From positions 1-27,058 of the forward strand of contig JAEYVB010000369.1 in NCBI GenBank assembly GCA_023429345.1: a DNA stretch of 27,058 nt, written 5' to 3'. Shown piece by piece: positions 1 through 8,401 of the stretch. Below the pieces are notes generated by a model. The model did not search any database. It saw nothing but the letters and a program-made list of their open reading frames with translations, and was not told the DNA's origin. This stretch comes from Planctomycetota bacterium (GTDB lineage: Bacteria > Planctomycetota > Phycisphaerae > Phycisphaerales > UBA1924). A program made the translations under genes and the position numbers. Position 1 is the first letter of the stretch; each line of letters starts with the position of its first letter.

Positions 1-38
1 CCCGAGCGCCGTTGGCAGATCCCATGCCCAAAATTTCC

Positions 39-67
39 TTCAAATTCGGGCCGGACCTCGGTAGGCT
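39..67 (+). promoter_or_regulatory. Putative sigma70-type promoter, leaderless start
   Basis: TTCAAA (39-44), N17, TAGGCT (62-67), N6, ATG at 74; no SD. Confidence 0.45.
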
Positions 68-73
68 GTCGGC

Positions 74-2557
74 ATGATCCTGCGCCAAGGTCGCACCCTC
101 CTTCCGATGGTTCTGGCCGCATCTCCCGCCGCCGCTCAGTGCGTCCCCCAGTGGTCCGCTGAGTTCGCGGGCGGCGGCCTTGGCCGCGAGGCCCGCTGCG
201 CGGCCGTCTTTGACGAGGACGGGCCCGGGCCCCGAGAGCCCGCGCTCTTCGTGGGCGGGGGCTTCCGCACCGCCGGAGAGCAGATCGCCCGCGGCATCGC
301 CCGGTGGGATGGGGCGGGATGGTCGCCGGTCGGCAGCGACTTTGCCGGTGCATGCACCGACCTCCTGGTCTTTGATGTCGACGGCCCAGGGCCCAACCCT
401 CCCGCCCTGTACGCCGCCGGCGGACGCTTCACGCTCCCGGGCGGCTCCATCGTCAACGGCGTGGTTCGCTGGGATGGCTCGGCCTGGTCCGCCATGACCC
501 CGGGATGGTCCATCAACGCCAGTGTCAATGCGCTGGCGACCTTCGATCCCGACGGCCCGGGGCCGGGCCTGCCGAAACTCGCCGCCGGTGGGAGCACGCT
601 CCCTGGCAATGCTCGCGCGGCCCTCTGGGACGGCGTCGCGTGGTCCGCGCTCCCCGGGCTGAGCCTCCCGGCCGAATCGATCGCCTCCTGCGATCACGAC
701 GGCGCGGGCCCGCAGAACCCGGTCCTTTACGCCGGCACCACCAACTCCGGCGCTTCCCGGTGGACCGGCACAACCTGGCAATCGCTGCCGGGCCTCAGCA
801 ATGGCAGCGTGTACGCAATGATCCCCTACGACGCCGACGGCCCCGGACCGCAGCACGAAGCACTCCTGGTCGGCGGTAGTTTCAGCACTTTCGGAACCCC
901 AAACCTCCGCTCCGCCGCGCTCTGGGACGGCTCGGCGTGGGCACCGATGCACGCGGGCCTTGGCTGGTCCGATTTCGTGTACTCCCTCGCGATCATCGAC
1001 CCTGATCAGGCCGGGCCCCTGGCGCCGGTGCTCTGGGCGGGCGGGTGGCTCGCCCCCTTCGGCGGCCGCGGCGTCGCGGAATGGGACGGGACCTCCTGGC
1101 TCCCCGCGGGTTCTCTGACCGACATTGTCCGGCACATCTCGGGGTGGGAGCAACCGGGCGGCACGAGCATCGTGGCAGTCGGCGACCTGATCCGCGCAAG
1201 CGGGTCACCGGTCACGAACATCGCGATCCGCACCGCAGGGGCCTGGTCACCGCCGGGACCTCTACCGCAGGGCGCAAACCACACGGTCGATGCGATCCTT
1301 GCCCACGATCCGGACGGCGCGGGCCCCGAGCCCGAAGAGATCTACGTCGGCGGCTACTTCAGCGCCATCGGCGGGACGGCGGCGAACGGGATCGCGCGCC
1401 GGACCGCCAACGGTTGGGAGCCGCTGGGCCAAGGCCTGCTCGGCACGGTGATGGACCTTCGGTTCTTCGACGAGGACGGCCCCGGGCCGGTCCCCGAGCG
1501 CCTCTACGCGACCGGCACGATCCATGCCTCCGGCGCCGTTTCGATGGGTCGCGTCGTGCGCTGGGACGGAAGCGCATGGGCGGGCCTCCCCACCATCGGC
1601 GACTGCTTCGCGCTTGACGTGTTCGACGAGGACGGCGCGGGGCCGCTCCTTCCGTCGCTGTTCGCCGCGGGAGCGTTCGGACCGGCCAACGGCTACGCCC
1701 AGCGCGGCATCGTTCGCTGGCAAGGCGGCGCCTGGGTGGAGGTCGGCGGCGGGATCTCGGGCGGCGGTCTCCCCCTGATCCGCGACTGTCTTGTGCACGA
1801 CCCTGACGGCGCGGGGCCGGAAGGCCCGGTGCTGGTCATCGGCGGCTCGTTCAGCATGGCCGGCGCGACGGCCGCCAACAACATCGCCGCCTGGGACGGC
1901 AGCGCGTGGCGCACGTTCGGGCCCGGCCTGAGCGACGAGGTCCGAGCGCTGGTGGCCTTCGATGCCGACGGCCCAGGACCCGACTTCCCGCGCCTAATCG
2001 CCAGCGGCGTGTTTCCCGAGCGGCTGGCGCGGTGGGACGGCTCGGCGTGGCAGTCGCTCGGCTTCGGCGGCATCGTCCAAGCCATGCACTGCACGCCTCC
2101 CTCGCACCCGCACCCGGCGCTCTACATCATGGGCAACATAGAGCAGATCGGCGGCGTGCCGGCCGCGGGCGTTGCCCTGTGGAATGGCCAGCAGTGGTCC
2201 GCGCTGGGTTCCGGCCTCGAGCAGGTTCCCCTGGGCGACCTCTCCGGCGCGGTGCTTGTCTGCGAGACCGACGATCCTGCCGGTCAGCAGGTCTATCTCG
2301 GCGGCCGTTTCGAACTCGCCGGCGGCCTCCCCTCGCTGAACCTGGCTCGCTGGGGCTGCGAGCCCGCAGTCTGCTACCCCAACTGCGACAACTCCACCGC
2401 GCAGCCGACCCTCAACGTGGGCGATTTCACCTGCTTCCTGCAGCGATTCGCCGCCGGCGATCCGTACGCCAACTGCGATCAGAGCACAATCCCGCCCACG
2501 CTCAACGTCGCCGACTTCACCTGCTTCCTGCAGCGGTTCGCTCAGGGCTGCCCCTGA
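74..2557 (+). CDS. Secreted beta-propeller repeat protein (about 14 WDG/DxDGxGP repeats) with C-terminal GC-type dockerin-like module
   Basis: 827-aa ORF with signal peptide (..SPAAA|Q). About 14 repeats of ~55 aa of the form FDxDGxGP..LYxGG..RWDGxxW. Ends CYPNCDNSTAQPTLNVGDFTCFLQRFAAG-DPYANCD...FAQGCP. Confidence 0.88.
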   Translation: MILRQGRTLLPMVLAASPAAAQCVPQWSAEFAGGGLGREARCAAVFDEDGPGPREPALFVGGGFRTAGEQIARGIARWDGAGWSPVGSDFAGACTDLLVFDVDGPGPNPPALYAAGGRFTLPGGSIVNGVVRWDGSAWSAMTPGWSINASVNALATFDPDGPGPGLPKLAAGGSTLPGNARAALWDGVAWSALPGLSLPAESIASCDHDGAGPQNPVLYAGTTNSGASRWTGTTWQSLPGLSNGSVYAMIPYDADGPGPQHEALLVGGSFSTFGTPNLRSAALWDGSAWAPMHAGLGWSDFVYSLAIIDPDQAGPLAPVLWAGGWLAPFGGRGVAEWDGTSWLPAGSLTDIVRHISGWEQPGGTSIVAVGDLIRASGSPVTNIAIRTAGAWSPPGPLPQGANHTVDAILAHDPDGAGPEPEEIYVGGYFSAIGGTAANGIARRTANGWEPLGQGLLGTVMDLRFFDEDGPGPVPERLYATGTIHASGAVSMGRVVRWDGSAWAGLPTIGDCFALDVFDEDGAGPLLPSLFAAGAFGPANGYAQRGIVRWQGGAWVEVGGGISGGGLPLIRDCLVHDPDGAGPEGPVLVIGGSFSMAGATAANNIAAWDGSAWRTFGPGLSDEVRALVAFDADGPGPDFPRLIASGVFPERLARWDGSAWQSLGFGGIVQAMHCTPPSHPHPALYIMGNIEQIGGVPAAGVALWNGQQWSALGSGLEQVPLGDLSGAVLVCETDDPAGQQVYLGGRFELAGGLPSLNLARWGCEPAVCYPNCDNSTAQPTLNVGDFTCFLQRFAAGDPYANCDQSTIPPTLNVADFTCFLQRFAQGCP
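2372..2557 (+). repeat. Dispersed C-terminal dockerin-like module, copy 1 (two internal repeats)
   Basis: 186 nt, 61 aa plus stop; near-identical to the modules at 8000, 9887, 10166, 11642, 24112 and 25412. Confidence 0.9.
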
Positions 2558-5346
2558 GGCGCAGCGCCCGTCGGCGGCTCGGAGGGCCTGAGCTCTGGCG
2601 GCAGTTTGCCGCGCATCTCGGCCGCGACATCCGTCTCCCCCGTCGACTCCGCCAGCGCCAGCCGCGCCCGGTACCAGCCAAGCCGGTTGAGGTTCGACGG
2701 GTCCGGGTCCAGCTGGATGTAGGCCCAGGCACGCTCCAGCGCCGCCCTCGCCCGATCGGGCCTCCCCAGCATCCGCTCGAGGTCCCCTTCCACCGTGAAG
2801 TAGTGGGCCAGCACCCAGGGCGAGTTCACCGGCGGATCCTTCCGGACGGGCTCGAGAATGGAAAGACCAAACTTCGGGTCCCCCAGCGCCCCGTGCGCCG
2901 CCGCCAGCGTGATCGCGTGGTAGACGGCGTAATCCTCGTGGGTCCCGGTCAGGATGCGGGTGAGCGTCGTCGCCATCCGCGCATGCTCCTCCGCCTCCTG
3001 CCGCGGCGGCCCCCGCCAGAGCATGATCCGGGCGAGCGTGGCATGGCACTTGAACGCATCCAGGGAATCCGGGCCGAACACCCGCGTCTCCGACTCCACC
3101 AGCGAGCGGGCCAGCGCCTCCGCATCCCCGAGCCGCCCGAGGGCGACCAGCAGTTGCAGCAGAAACCGGCCCGTCTCCGTCGTGAGCGGGTGATCGCGCC
3201 CCAGCTTCGCCGTGTAGAACCCGATCGCCTCCTGCGCCAGTTGCTCGGACTCCTCGAACCGGCCGCGGGCGTTGAGCACGCGCGCCAGGCGCAGCGCTGT
3301 CTCGGCGGTCAGCCTGCTCTCCCCCTTCGCCAGGCCCCGCAGCCCGTCGAGCGCCGCGCGCCCGAGCCGCTCCGCCTCGTCCAGGTCGCCACGGTGCTGC
3401 AGGAGCGTCGCCAGATGCCCCTGCTCGACGAGCGTGAGCGCATCCGCCGCACCGCCGCCCGCGGCAAGCTGCCCCACCACGCCCCGCTGAAGCCGGATCG
3501 CCTCCTCCACCCGCGCGGGGATGCGGATCATGGCCGAGGTCAGGTTCCGCAGCACGTGCAGCGTCCGCGGGTCCATCGGCCCGAACGTCGTCCGGCTCGA
3601 TTCGTACGCGGGCTGCAGCAGCGCCACCGCGTCGGCGAACCGGTTCTGCATCACGGTGATCGCCGCCGCGTCCACCGCCGCCGCGATCGTGTCCTTCGCG
3701 TGGGGCCCGAGCACGCGCTGGCGGATCCCCAGCGCCTGCCGCAGGAGCGCCTCCCCCTGCTCCGGCCGGCCCACCCTCACCAGCGTGTTGCCGATCAGGT
3801 GGAGCATGTCCGCCCGCGTCACGCCGTCGTTGGGGAAGCTGCTCCCGAGCCTCGCCCCCGCGGCCTCCAGCACATCCGCCACCGTCGCCGAGCGCCCCGG
3901 CTTCCCCGCGTACTGGAGGTACGAGGGGTACGACGGCTCCCACGGCGCGTACCGCAGGTCCTCCGCGGTGGGCGGACGGCTGACCATCAGCACGGGATTG
4001 GCCGAGAGCAGCGTCTCCCGCAGAAACTCCGCCGCGCTCCCCGCCCGGCGCGCCTCGTCGCGCGCCCGGCGCTCCGCCAGCTTCACCCGGTCCCGCTCCT
4101 GCGTGGCGCGGTAAAGCCCCACGCTGGTCCCGATCACCGCCAGGATCAGCCCCGCCGCCACGGCCACCACCATGGCGATCACCGCCTTGTGACGCCGCGC
4201 CAGAATCCTCACCTGGTACGCCACGCTCGCGGGCCGCGCCAGGATCGGCTCCCCGCGCAGGTACCGCCCGATGTCGCCGCCCAGCTCGGCCGCGGACTGG
4301 TATCGCCGCGTCCGGTCCTTCTCCAGGGCCTTGAGCGTGATCGTCTCGAGGTCCCCCCGCAACGTCCGATCCACCGCGCTCAGCCGCGCGGGCGTCTCCT
4401 CGCGGATGATCCGCGCCGCCTCGTACAGGTCCGAGCGCGTCACCGTGTAGGGCAGCTGCCCCGTCAGGAGCTCGTACAGCACCACCCCCAGGGAGTACAC
4501 ATCGCTCCGCGTGTCGATGTCGTGGTCCGCGGCGCACTGCTCCGGCGACATGTACTGCAGCGTCCCGATCAGCTGCCCCAAGTTGGTCTGGAGCGTCGTG
4601 ACCGCCATGTCCGAATCCGTCGCCCGCGCCACGCCGAAGTCGATGATCTTCGGGTCGCCCGAGGAGTCCACCAGGATGTTGCTGGGCTTCAGGTCCCGGT
4701 GCACGATCGCCTTCTGGTGCCCGTGGTGGACCGCGTCGCACACGCGCTGGAACAGCTCAAGCCGCTCCTTCGCGTGAAGCCCGCGCTGCGCCGCGTACTC
4801 GGTCAGCGGCGTGGCCCCCGGGATGTACTCCATGGCGAAGTACGGCACCGGCCCCGTCAGCGCCTCGTGCGTCCCCGCCTCGAAGACCTGCGCCACGCCC
4901 GGGTGCCGCAGGCGCCCCAGCAGCTGCGCCTCGTACTCGAACCGCCGCAGCGACGACCGCGACGCGATCCCCGCCCGCATCACCTTCAGCGCCACCGTCC
5001 GGCGCGGCTGCTCCTGGATCGCCTCGTACACCGCGCCCATCCCCCCGACCCCGATGAGCCGCTTGATCCGGTACCGCCCGATCCGCTTGCCGACCAGCGC
5101 GCCCGCCTCCACCTCCGGCCTTTCCGGCGGGACCGTGATCTCGACGCTCAGCGGCCGTAGAAACCCCCGCTCCGCCGCCGCATCGGCCCGCAGGATCGCC
5201 TCCACCTCCGCCCGGAGCCCCTCATCCCCCGCGCACGACTCCCGGACGAACGCCTCCCGCTCCGCCTGCGGCAGCTCGAGCGCCCCGCCCGCGATCTCCT
5301 TCACGCGCTGCCATCGGTCCCCGGGTTGGGCTGGGTTCGGCGCCAC
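2542..5346 (-). CDS. Membrane-anchored Hanks-type Ser/Thr protein kinase with C-terminal TPR-like repeats (ECF-associated)
   Basis: Kinase motifs IGVGGMGAVY, VALKVM, HRDLKPSN, DFG, GTLQYMSPEQ, DVYSLG. Hydrophobic segment VIAMVVAVAAGLILAVIGTSVGL, then helical repeats (LGPHAKDT, FGPMDPRT, LGRDHPLT). GTG start 3 nt after the ECF stop. Confidence 0.95.
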   Translation of the reverse strand: MAPNPAQPGDRWQRVKEIAGGALELPQAEREAFVRESCAGDEGLRAEVEAILRADAAAERGFLRPLSVEITVPPERPEVEAGALVGKRIGRYRIKRLIGVGGMGAVYEAIQEQPRRTVALKVMRAGIASRSSLRRFEYEAQLLGRLRHPGVAQVFEAGTHEALTGPVPYFAMEYIPGATPLTEYAAQRGLHAKERLELFQRVCDAVHHGHQKAIVHRDLKPSNILVDSSGDPKIIDFGVARATDSDMAVTTLQTNLGQLIGTLQYMSPEQCAADHDIDTRSDVYSLGVVLYELLTGQLPYTVTRSDLYEAARIIREETPARLSAVDRTLRGDLETITLKALEKDRTRRYQSAAELGGDIGRYLRGEPILARPASVAYQVRILARRHKAVIAMVVAVAAGLILAVIGTSVGLYRATQERDRVKLAERRARDEARRAGSAAEFLRETLLSANPVLMVSRPPTAEDLRYAPWEPSYPSYLQYAGKPGRSATVADVLEAAGARLGSSFPNDGVTRADMLHLIGNTLVRVGRPEQGEALLRQALGIRQRVLGPHAKDTIAAAVDAAAITVMQNRFADAVALLQPAYESSRTTFGPMDPRTLHVLRNLTSAMIRIPARVEEAIRLQRGVVGQLAAGGGAADALTLVEQGHLATLLQHRGDLDEAERLGRAALDGLRGLAKGESRLTAETALRLARVLNARGRFEESEQLAQEAIGFYTAKLGRDHPLTTETGRFLLQLLVALGRLGDAEALARSLVESETRVFGPDSLDAFKCHATLARIMLWRGPPRQEAEEHARMATTLTRILTGTHEDYAVYHAITLAAAHGALGDPKFGLSILEPVRKDPPVNSPWVLAHYFTVEGDLERMLGRPDRARAALERAWAYIQLDPDPSNLNRLGWYRARLALAESTGETDVAAEMRGKLPPELRPSEPPTGAAPQGQP

Positions 5347-5349
5347 GTG

Positions 5350-5976
5350 CTACGCCCCGCCGCGCCCGGCCGGCTCACCGCCCCCCGGGTTCTCGCCCGT
5401 CATCTTCGAGTACAGCCACGCCCGCGCCAGCGACCACTCCCGCTTCACCTGGCGCGCCGAGATCCCCAGCACCTCCGCCGTCTTCTCTACCCCCAGCCCG
5501 CCGAAGAACCGGAGCATCACCACCTCCGCCAGCCGCGGGTCGTGCGCTTCCAGCTCCTTCAACGCCTCGTCGAGCCCCACCCAGTCCATCTCCGGCGCTT
5601 CGACCGCCCCCGCCTCCTCGTCGAGCTCCACCCGCTTGCGCCCGCCGCCCCGCTTCGGGCCGCTCTGCGCCCGCGCCCGCTCCACCAGGATGCGCCGCAT
5701 CGCGATCGCCGCGGCCGAGAAGAAATGGTTCCGCCCGTTCCACTGAACATCCGCGTCCTTCACCAGCCGCAAATACGCCTCGTGCACCAGCGCCGTCGCC
5801 TGGATCGTCATCCCCGCCCCGCCCCCCGGCTCCCGCGCCATCCGCCGCTGCGCCAGCGTCCGCAGCTCGTCGTACACGAGCGGAAGCAGCGCCGAGGCGG
5901 CGTGCGAATCCCCCCGCCCCGCCGCGTTCAGCAGGAGCGTCAGTTCCTCGTCGGCTGGTCCGGGGGGGGTGGCCAT
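5350..5976 (-). CDS. ECF-type RNA polymerase sigma factor (TIGR02999-like)
   Basis: Family motifs LLPLVYDELRTLA, TIQATALVHEAYLRL, HFFSAAAIAMRRILVERAR, KRGGG, and region 4 LRFFGGL..EKTAEVLGISARQVKREWSLARAWL. Confidence 0.95.
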   Translation of the reverse strand: MATPPGPADEELTLLLNAAGRGDSHAASALLPLVYDELRTLAQRRMAREPGGGAGMTIQATALVHEAYLRLVKDADVQWNGRNHFFSAAAIAMRRILVERARAQSGPKRGGGRKRVELDEEAGAVEAPEMDWVGLDEALKELEAHDPRLAEVVMLRFFGGLGVEKTAEVLGISARQVKREWSLARAWLYSKMTGENPGGGEPAGRGGA

Positions 5977-6142
5977 GCGGGAAAGCTCGAAAGGGTCCTG
6001 GCCCCATCGGGCGAACTCTCTCGCACATGGTAGTCGGGAGGGCGCGGCACACGGCCGCGGCCAACCCCCGAACCGCCATCAACGCGTGCCCCGCCCCGGC
6101 CTGTCGCCGGCGCTGCCGGGGCCGCCCACGGACCACGCGACC

Positions 6143-7447
6143 ATGAAAACCCCACGAGTTTCGCTGCTTCCCTGCCTTCTCCTCGCCTGCGGCACCGCCC
6201 TGGCCGGCCCCCTCGACCCCCCCGCCGGCCCGCCCGCCCCCACCCACAAAACTCTCTCCGAGATCGAGCCCCGCAAGCCCCTGAACGCCCTTCCCGGCGC
6301 GGCCAACGCGGTACACGTCATCACCCAGCCCGGGTCCTACTACCTGACGGGCCCGATCGCGGGTGCCTCCGGAAAGGACGGCATCCTGATCGCGGCCGAT
6401 AACGTCTCGATCGACCTCAACGGTTTCGCCGTGGCCGGGGTCGCCGGAGCCGTCTCGGGCATCACCACGGACGCCACCCGCCAGGGAATCCGCATCAGCA
6501 ACGGCTCTCTCAAGGACTGGCCCGTCAGCGCTGTCGCGCTGCAGGCTACAGGGAGCGAACTGACCAGGCTCACCGTGACCGGGGGCGGCATCGGTCTGAG
6601 CGTCGGCGCCCAGGCCTCCGTGAGCCAGTGCTCGGTGAGCGCCGTCGCCCAGGGCGGGATCGTCGCCGGGATGGGTTCCACCATCACCCACTGCACCGTT
6701 CTCTCCTGCGGCGGCACCGGCATCCTTGCCGCTACCGGTTCCACGATCGCCCACTCCACCGCGGCGACCTGCCACACCGGGTTCAACGCGGGCCACGGGA
6801 GCACCTACACCGCCTGCACCGCGCACAGCAACGTCAACGGCTTCGGCGGGACCGCCGCCGCCTTCCGGGATTGCGTCTCCTACAGCAACACCGGCAAGGG
6901 CTTCCACCTCGGCGCCTATTGCACCCTCCAGGGCTGCGTAGCGCGCCTGAACACCGGCGAGGGCCTCGACGGCGGCAAGAACCTGGCCGTGACGGACTGC
7001 ACCTTCACCAACAACCAGGCCGGGGGCGCCATCGTCGGCGCTGGATCGTCGATCAAGGACTCGACCTTCAGCGCCAACGGCACGTTCGGCGCCACGCTGA
7101 ACGAGGGCTCCACCATCACCGGCTGCACCGTCTACCAGAACGTCGGCGACGGCATCTTCGCCAGCAAGTGGTGCACGATCACCAACAACACCTGCAGCGC
7201 CAACACCGGCACCGACAAGGCCGGCATCCGCGTCCTCCTCTCCGGCAACCGCATCGAGGGCAACCACCTCAACGGCAACACCACCGGCGTGACCGCCCTC
7301 GCCGGCGGCAACCTCATCGTCCGCAACACCTTCACCTTCAACCCCACCCGCGTCAACGCCGCCGCCGGCAACAACGTCGCAGAGATGATCATCGTTCCCG
7401 GCGACAACTTCGCCTCCACCAACACCTTCGCCAACATCGCCCACTAA
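6143..7447 (+). CDS. Secreted right-handed parallel beta-helix repeat protein
   Basis: Start moved to ATG 6143 (MKTPRVSLLPCLLLACGTALA signal peptide). N-terminal ITQPGSYYLTG..GILIAADNVSIDLNGF, then ~22-aa S(T)IxxCTxxxNxGxG repeats. No dockerin module. Confidence 0.88.
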   Translation: MKTPRVSLLPCLLLACGTALAGPLDPPAGPPAPTHKTLSEIEPRKPLNALPGAANAVHVITQPGSYYLTGPIAGASGKDGILIAADNVSIDLNGFAVAGVAGAVSGITTDATRQGIRISNGSLKDWPVSAVALQATGSELTRLTVTGGGIGLSVGAQASVSQCSVSAVAQGGIVAGMGSTITHCTVLSCGGTGILAATGSTIAHSTAATCHTGFNAGHGSTYTACTAHSNVNGFGGTAAAFRDCVSYSNTGKGFHLGAYCTLQGCVARLNTGEGLDGGKNLAVTDCTFTNNQAGGAIVGAGSSIKDSTFSANGTFGATLNEGSTITGCTVYQNVGDGIFASKWCTITNNTCSANTGTDKAGIRVLLSGNRIEGNHLNGNTTGVTALAGGNLIVRNTFTFNPTRVNAAAGNNVAEMIIVPGDNFASTNTFANIAH

Positions 7448-7462
7448 CCCCGCCCTCGTTCG

Positions 7463-7505
7463 GCGCGCCGGGGCCCCGCGATTGTCGTCGGGGCCTCGGA
7501 CGCGC
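7463..7505 (+). other. Intergenic GC-rich hairpin without U-tract
   Basis: GGCCCCG (7472-7478) pairs with CGGGGCC (7489-7495) and extends imperfectly on both sides; lies just before the SD of the next gene. Confidence 0.35.
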
Positions 7506-7525
7506 TCCCCCAGGAGGAGACCCCC

Positions 7526-8185
7526 ATGCACCGCACCACCGTCGTTCTCGCCCTCCTCCCCGCCGCCGCGGCCGCCGCCCAGACCAACATCGACCCGAGC
7601 CACAAGCTCTCCTGGAGCGAGAACACCGGCTGGATGAACTGGCGCGACGCCGGCGGCGGGACCGACGGAGTCCGCCTCACTCAGTCCTGCCTCTCCGGCT
7701 GGATCTGGTCAGAGAACCTCGGCTGGATCACCGTCGGCCAGGGCCCGGCCAACGGTCACTCATACACCAACGCCCCGGGCGACTTTGGCGTCAACATCGC
7801 CCCCGCCGGAGACCTCTCCGGTCTGGCCTGGGGCGAGAACATCGGCTGGATCAACTTCACGACCCTCTCCCTCGGCGACGGCCGCGCCCGCGCCGACCTC
7901 CCCGCCGGCCGCCTCCGCGGCCACGCGTGGGGCGAGAACATCGGCTGGATCAGCCTCGACCACCCGACCCATTTCGTCGGCTTCCACGCCGGCGTCGGCT
8001 GCTACCCCAACTGCGACGCCTCCACGACCTCCCCCGTCCTGAACGTCGCCGATTTCACCTGCTTCCTCCAGCGCTTCGCGTCGGGCGATGCCTACGCCAA
8101 CTGCGACCAGAGCACCACCGCCCCATCGCTTAACGTCGCCGACTTTACCTGCTACCTCCAGCGCTTCGCCGCCGGCTGCAACTGA
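7526..8185 (+). CDS. Secreted protein with four W[SG]ENxGW repeats and C-terminal GC-type dockerin-like module
   Basis: SD AGGAGGA, signal peptide ..AAAAAA|Q, repeats WSENTGW, WSENLGW, WGENIGW, WGENIGW; module ends FAAGCN. Confidence 0.9.
   Translation: MHRTTVVLALLPAAAAAAQTNIDPSHKLSWSENTGWMNWRDAGGGTDGVRLTQSCLSGWIWSENLGWITVGQGPANGHSYTNAPGDFGVNIAPAGDLSGLAWGENIGWINFTTLSLGDGRARADLPAGRLRGHAWGENIGWISLDHPTHFVGFHAGVGCYPNCDASTTSPVLNVADFTCFLQRFASGDAYANCDQSTTAPSLNVADFTCYLQRFAAGCN
8000..8185 (+). repeat. Dockerin-like module, copy 2
   Basis: 186 nt; CYPNCDASTTSPVLNVADFTCFLQRFASG-DAYANCD...FAAGCN. Confidence 0.9.
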
Positions 8186-8199
8186 CCAGCTCCCGCTCC

Positions 8200-8246
8200 G
8201 AACCCCTGCATGGCGCACGCACGCGTCGGGCGGGGGTTCTTTCTTT
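8200..8246 (+). terminator. Intrinsic terminator
   Basis: GAACCCCTGC (8200-8209) pairs with GCGGGGGTTC (8230-8239, one G-U), inner stem, followed by TTTCTTT. Confidence 0.7.
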
Positions 8247-8251
8247 GGCAC

Positions 8252-8397
8252 CACCTTCCGGACCCACCCGTTTGATCGAACAGGTGTATGTTCCTCTAGG
8301 CACATCGGCCCATCCGTGGTACACCTGTGCGCGTTCCCCCGGCGTGCGGCTGTATGCACGCCGGGCGGGTTATTCAGGCGAGGAATGTCCGGAGGTG
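8252..8397 (+). promoter_or_regulatory. Candidate structured 5' leader with anti-SD stem
   Basis: Four compatible stems: 8252-8263/8387-8397, 8269-8275/8374-8380, 8280-8288/8320-8328, 8338-8347/8356-8365. The outer stem covers GGAGGT (8391-8396). Confidence 0.4.
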
Positions 8398-8401
8398 TGA
8401 T

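Noticed and set aside
1906..5160. 1084-aa + strand ORF and 915-aa alternative-frame ORF over the kinase
   Set aside because: Arg/Pro/Gly-rich shadow ORFs caused by stop-codon scarcity in high-GC DNA; the kinase frame has all the motifs.
5969..6142. Upstream ORF-track starts (5969, 8327, 11596, 14985, 21540, 22874, 23907, 25332, 26938)
   Set aside because: These extensions overlap neighbours or promoters and bury the signal peptides; downstream starts have SD or -10 support.
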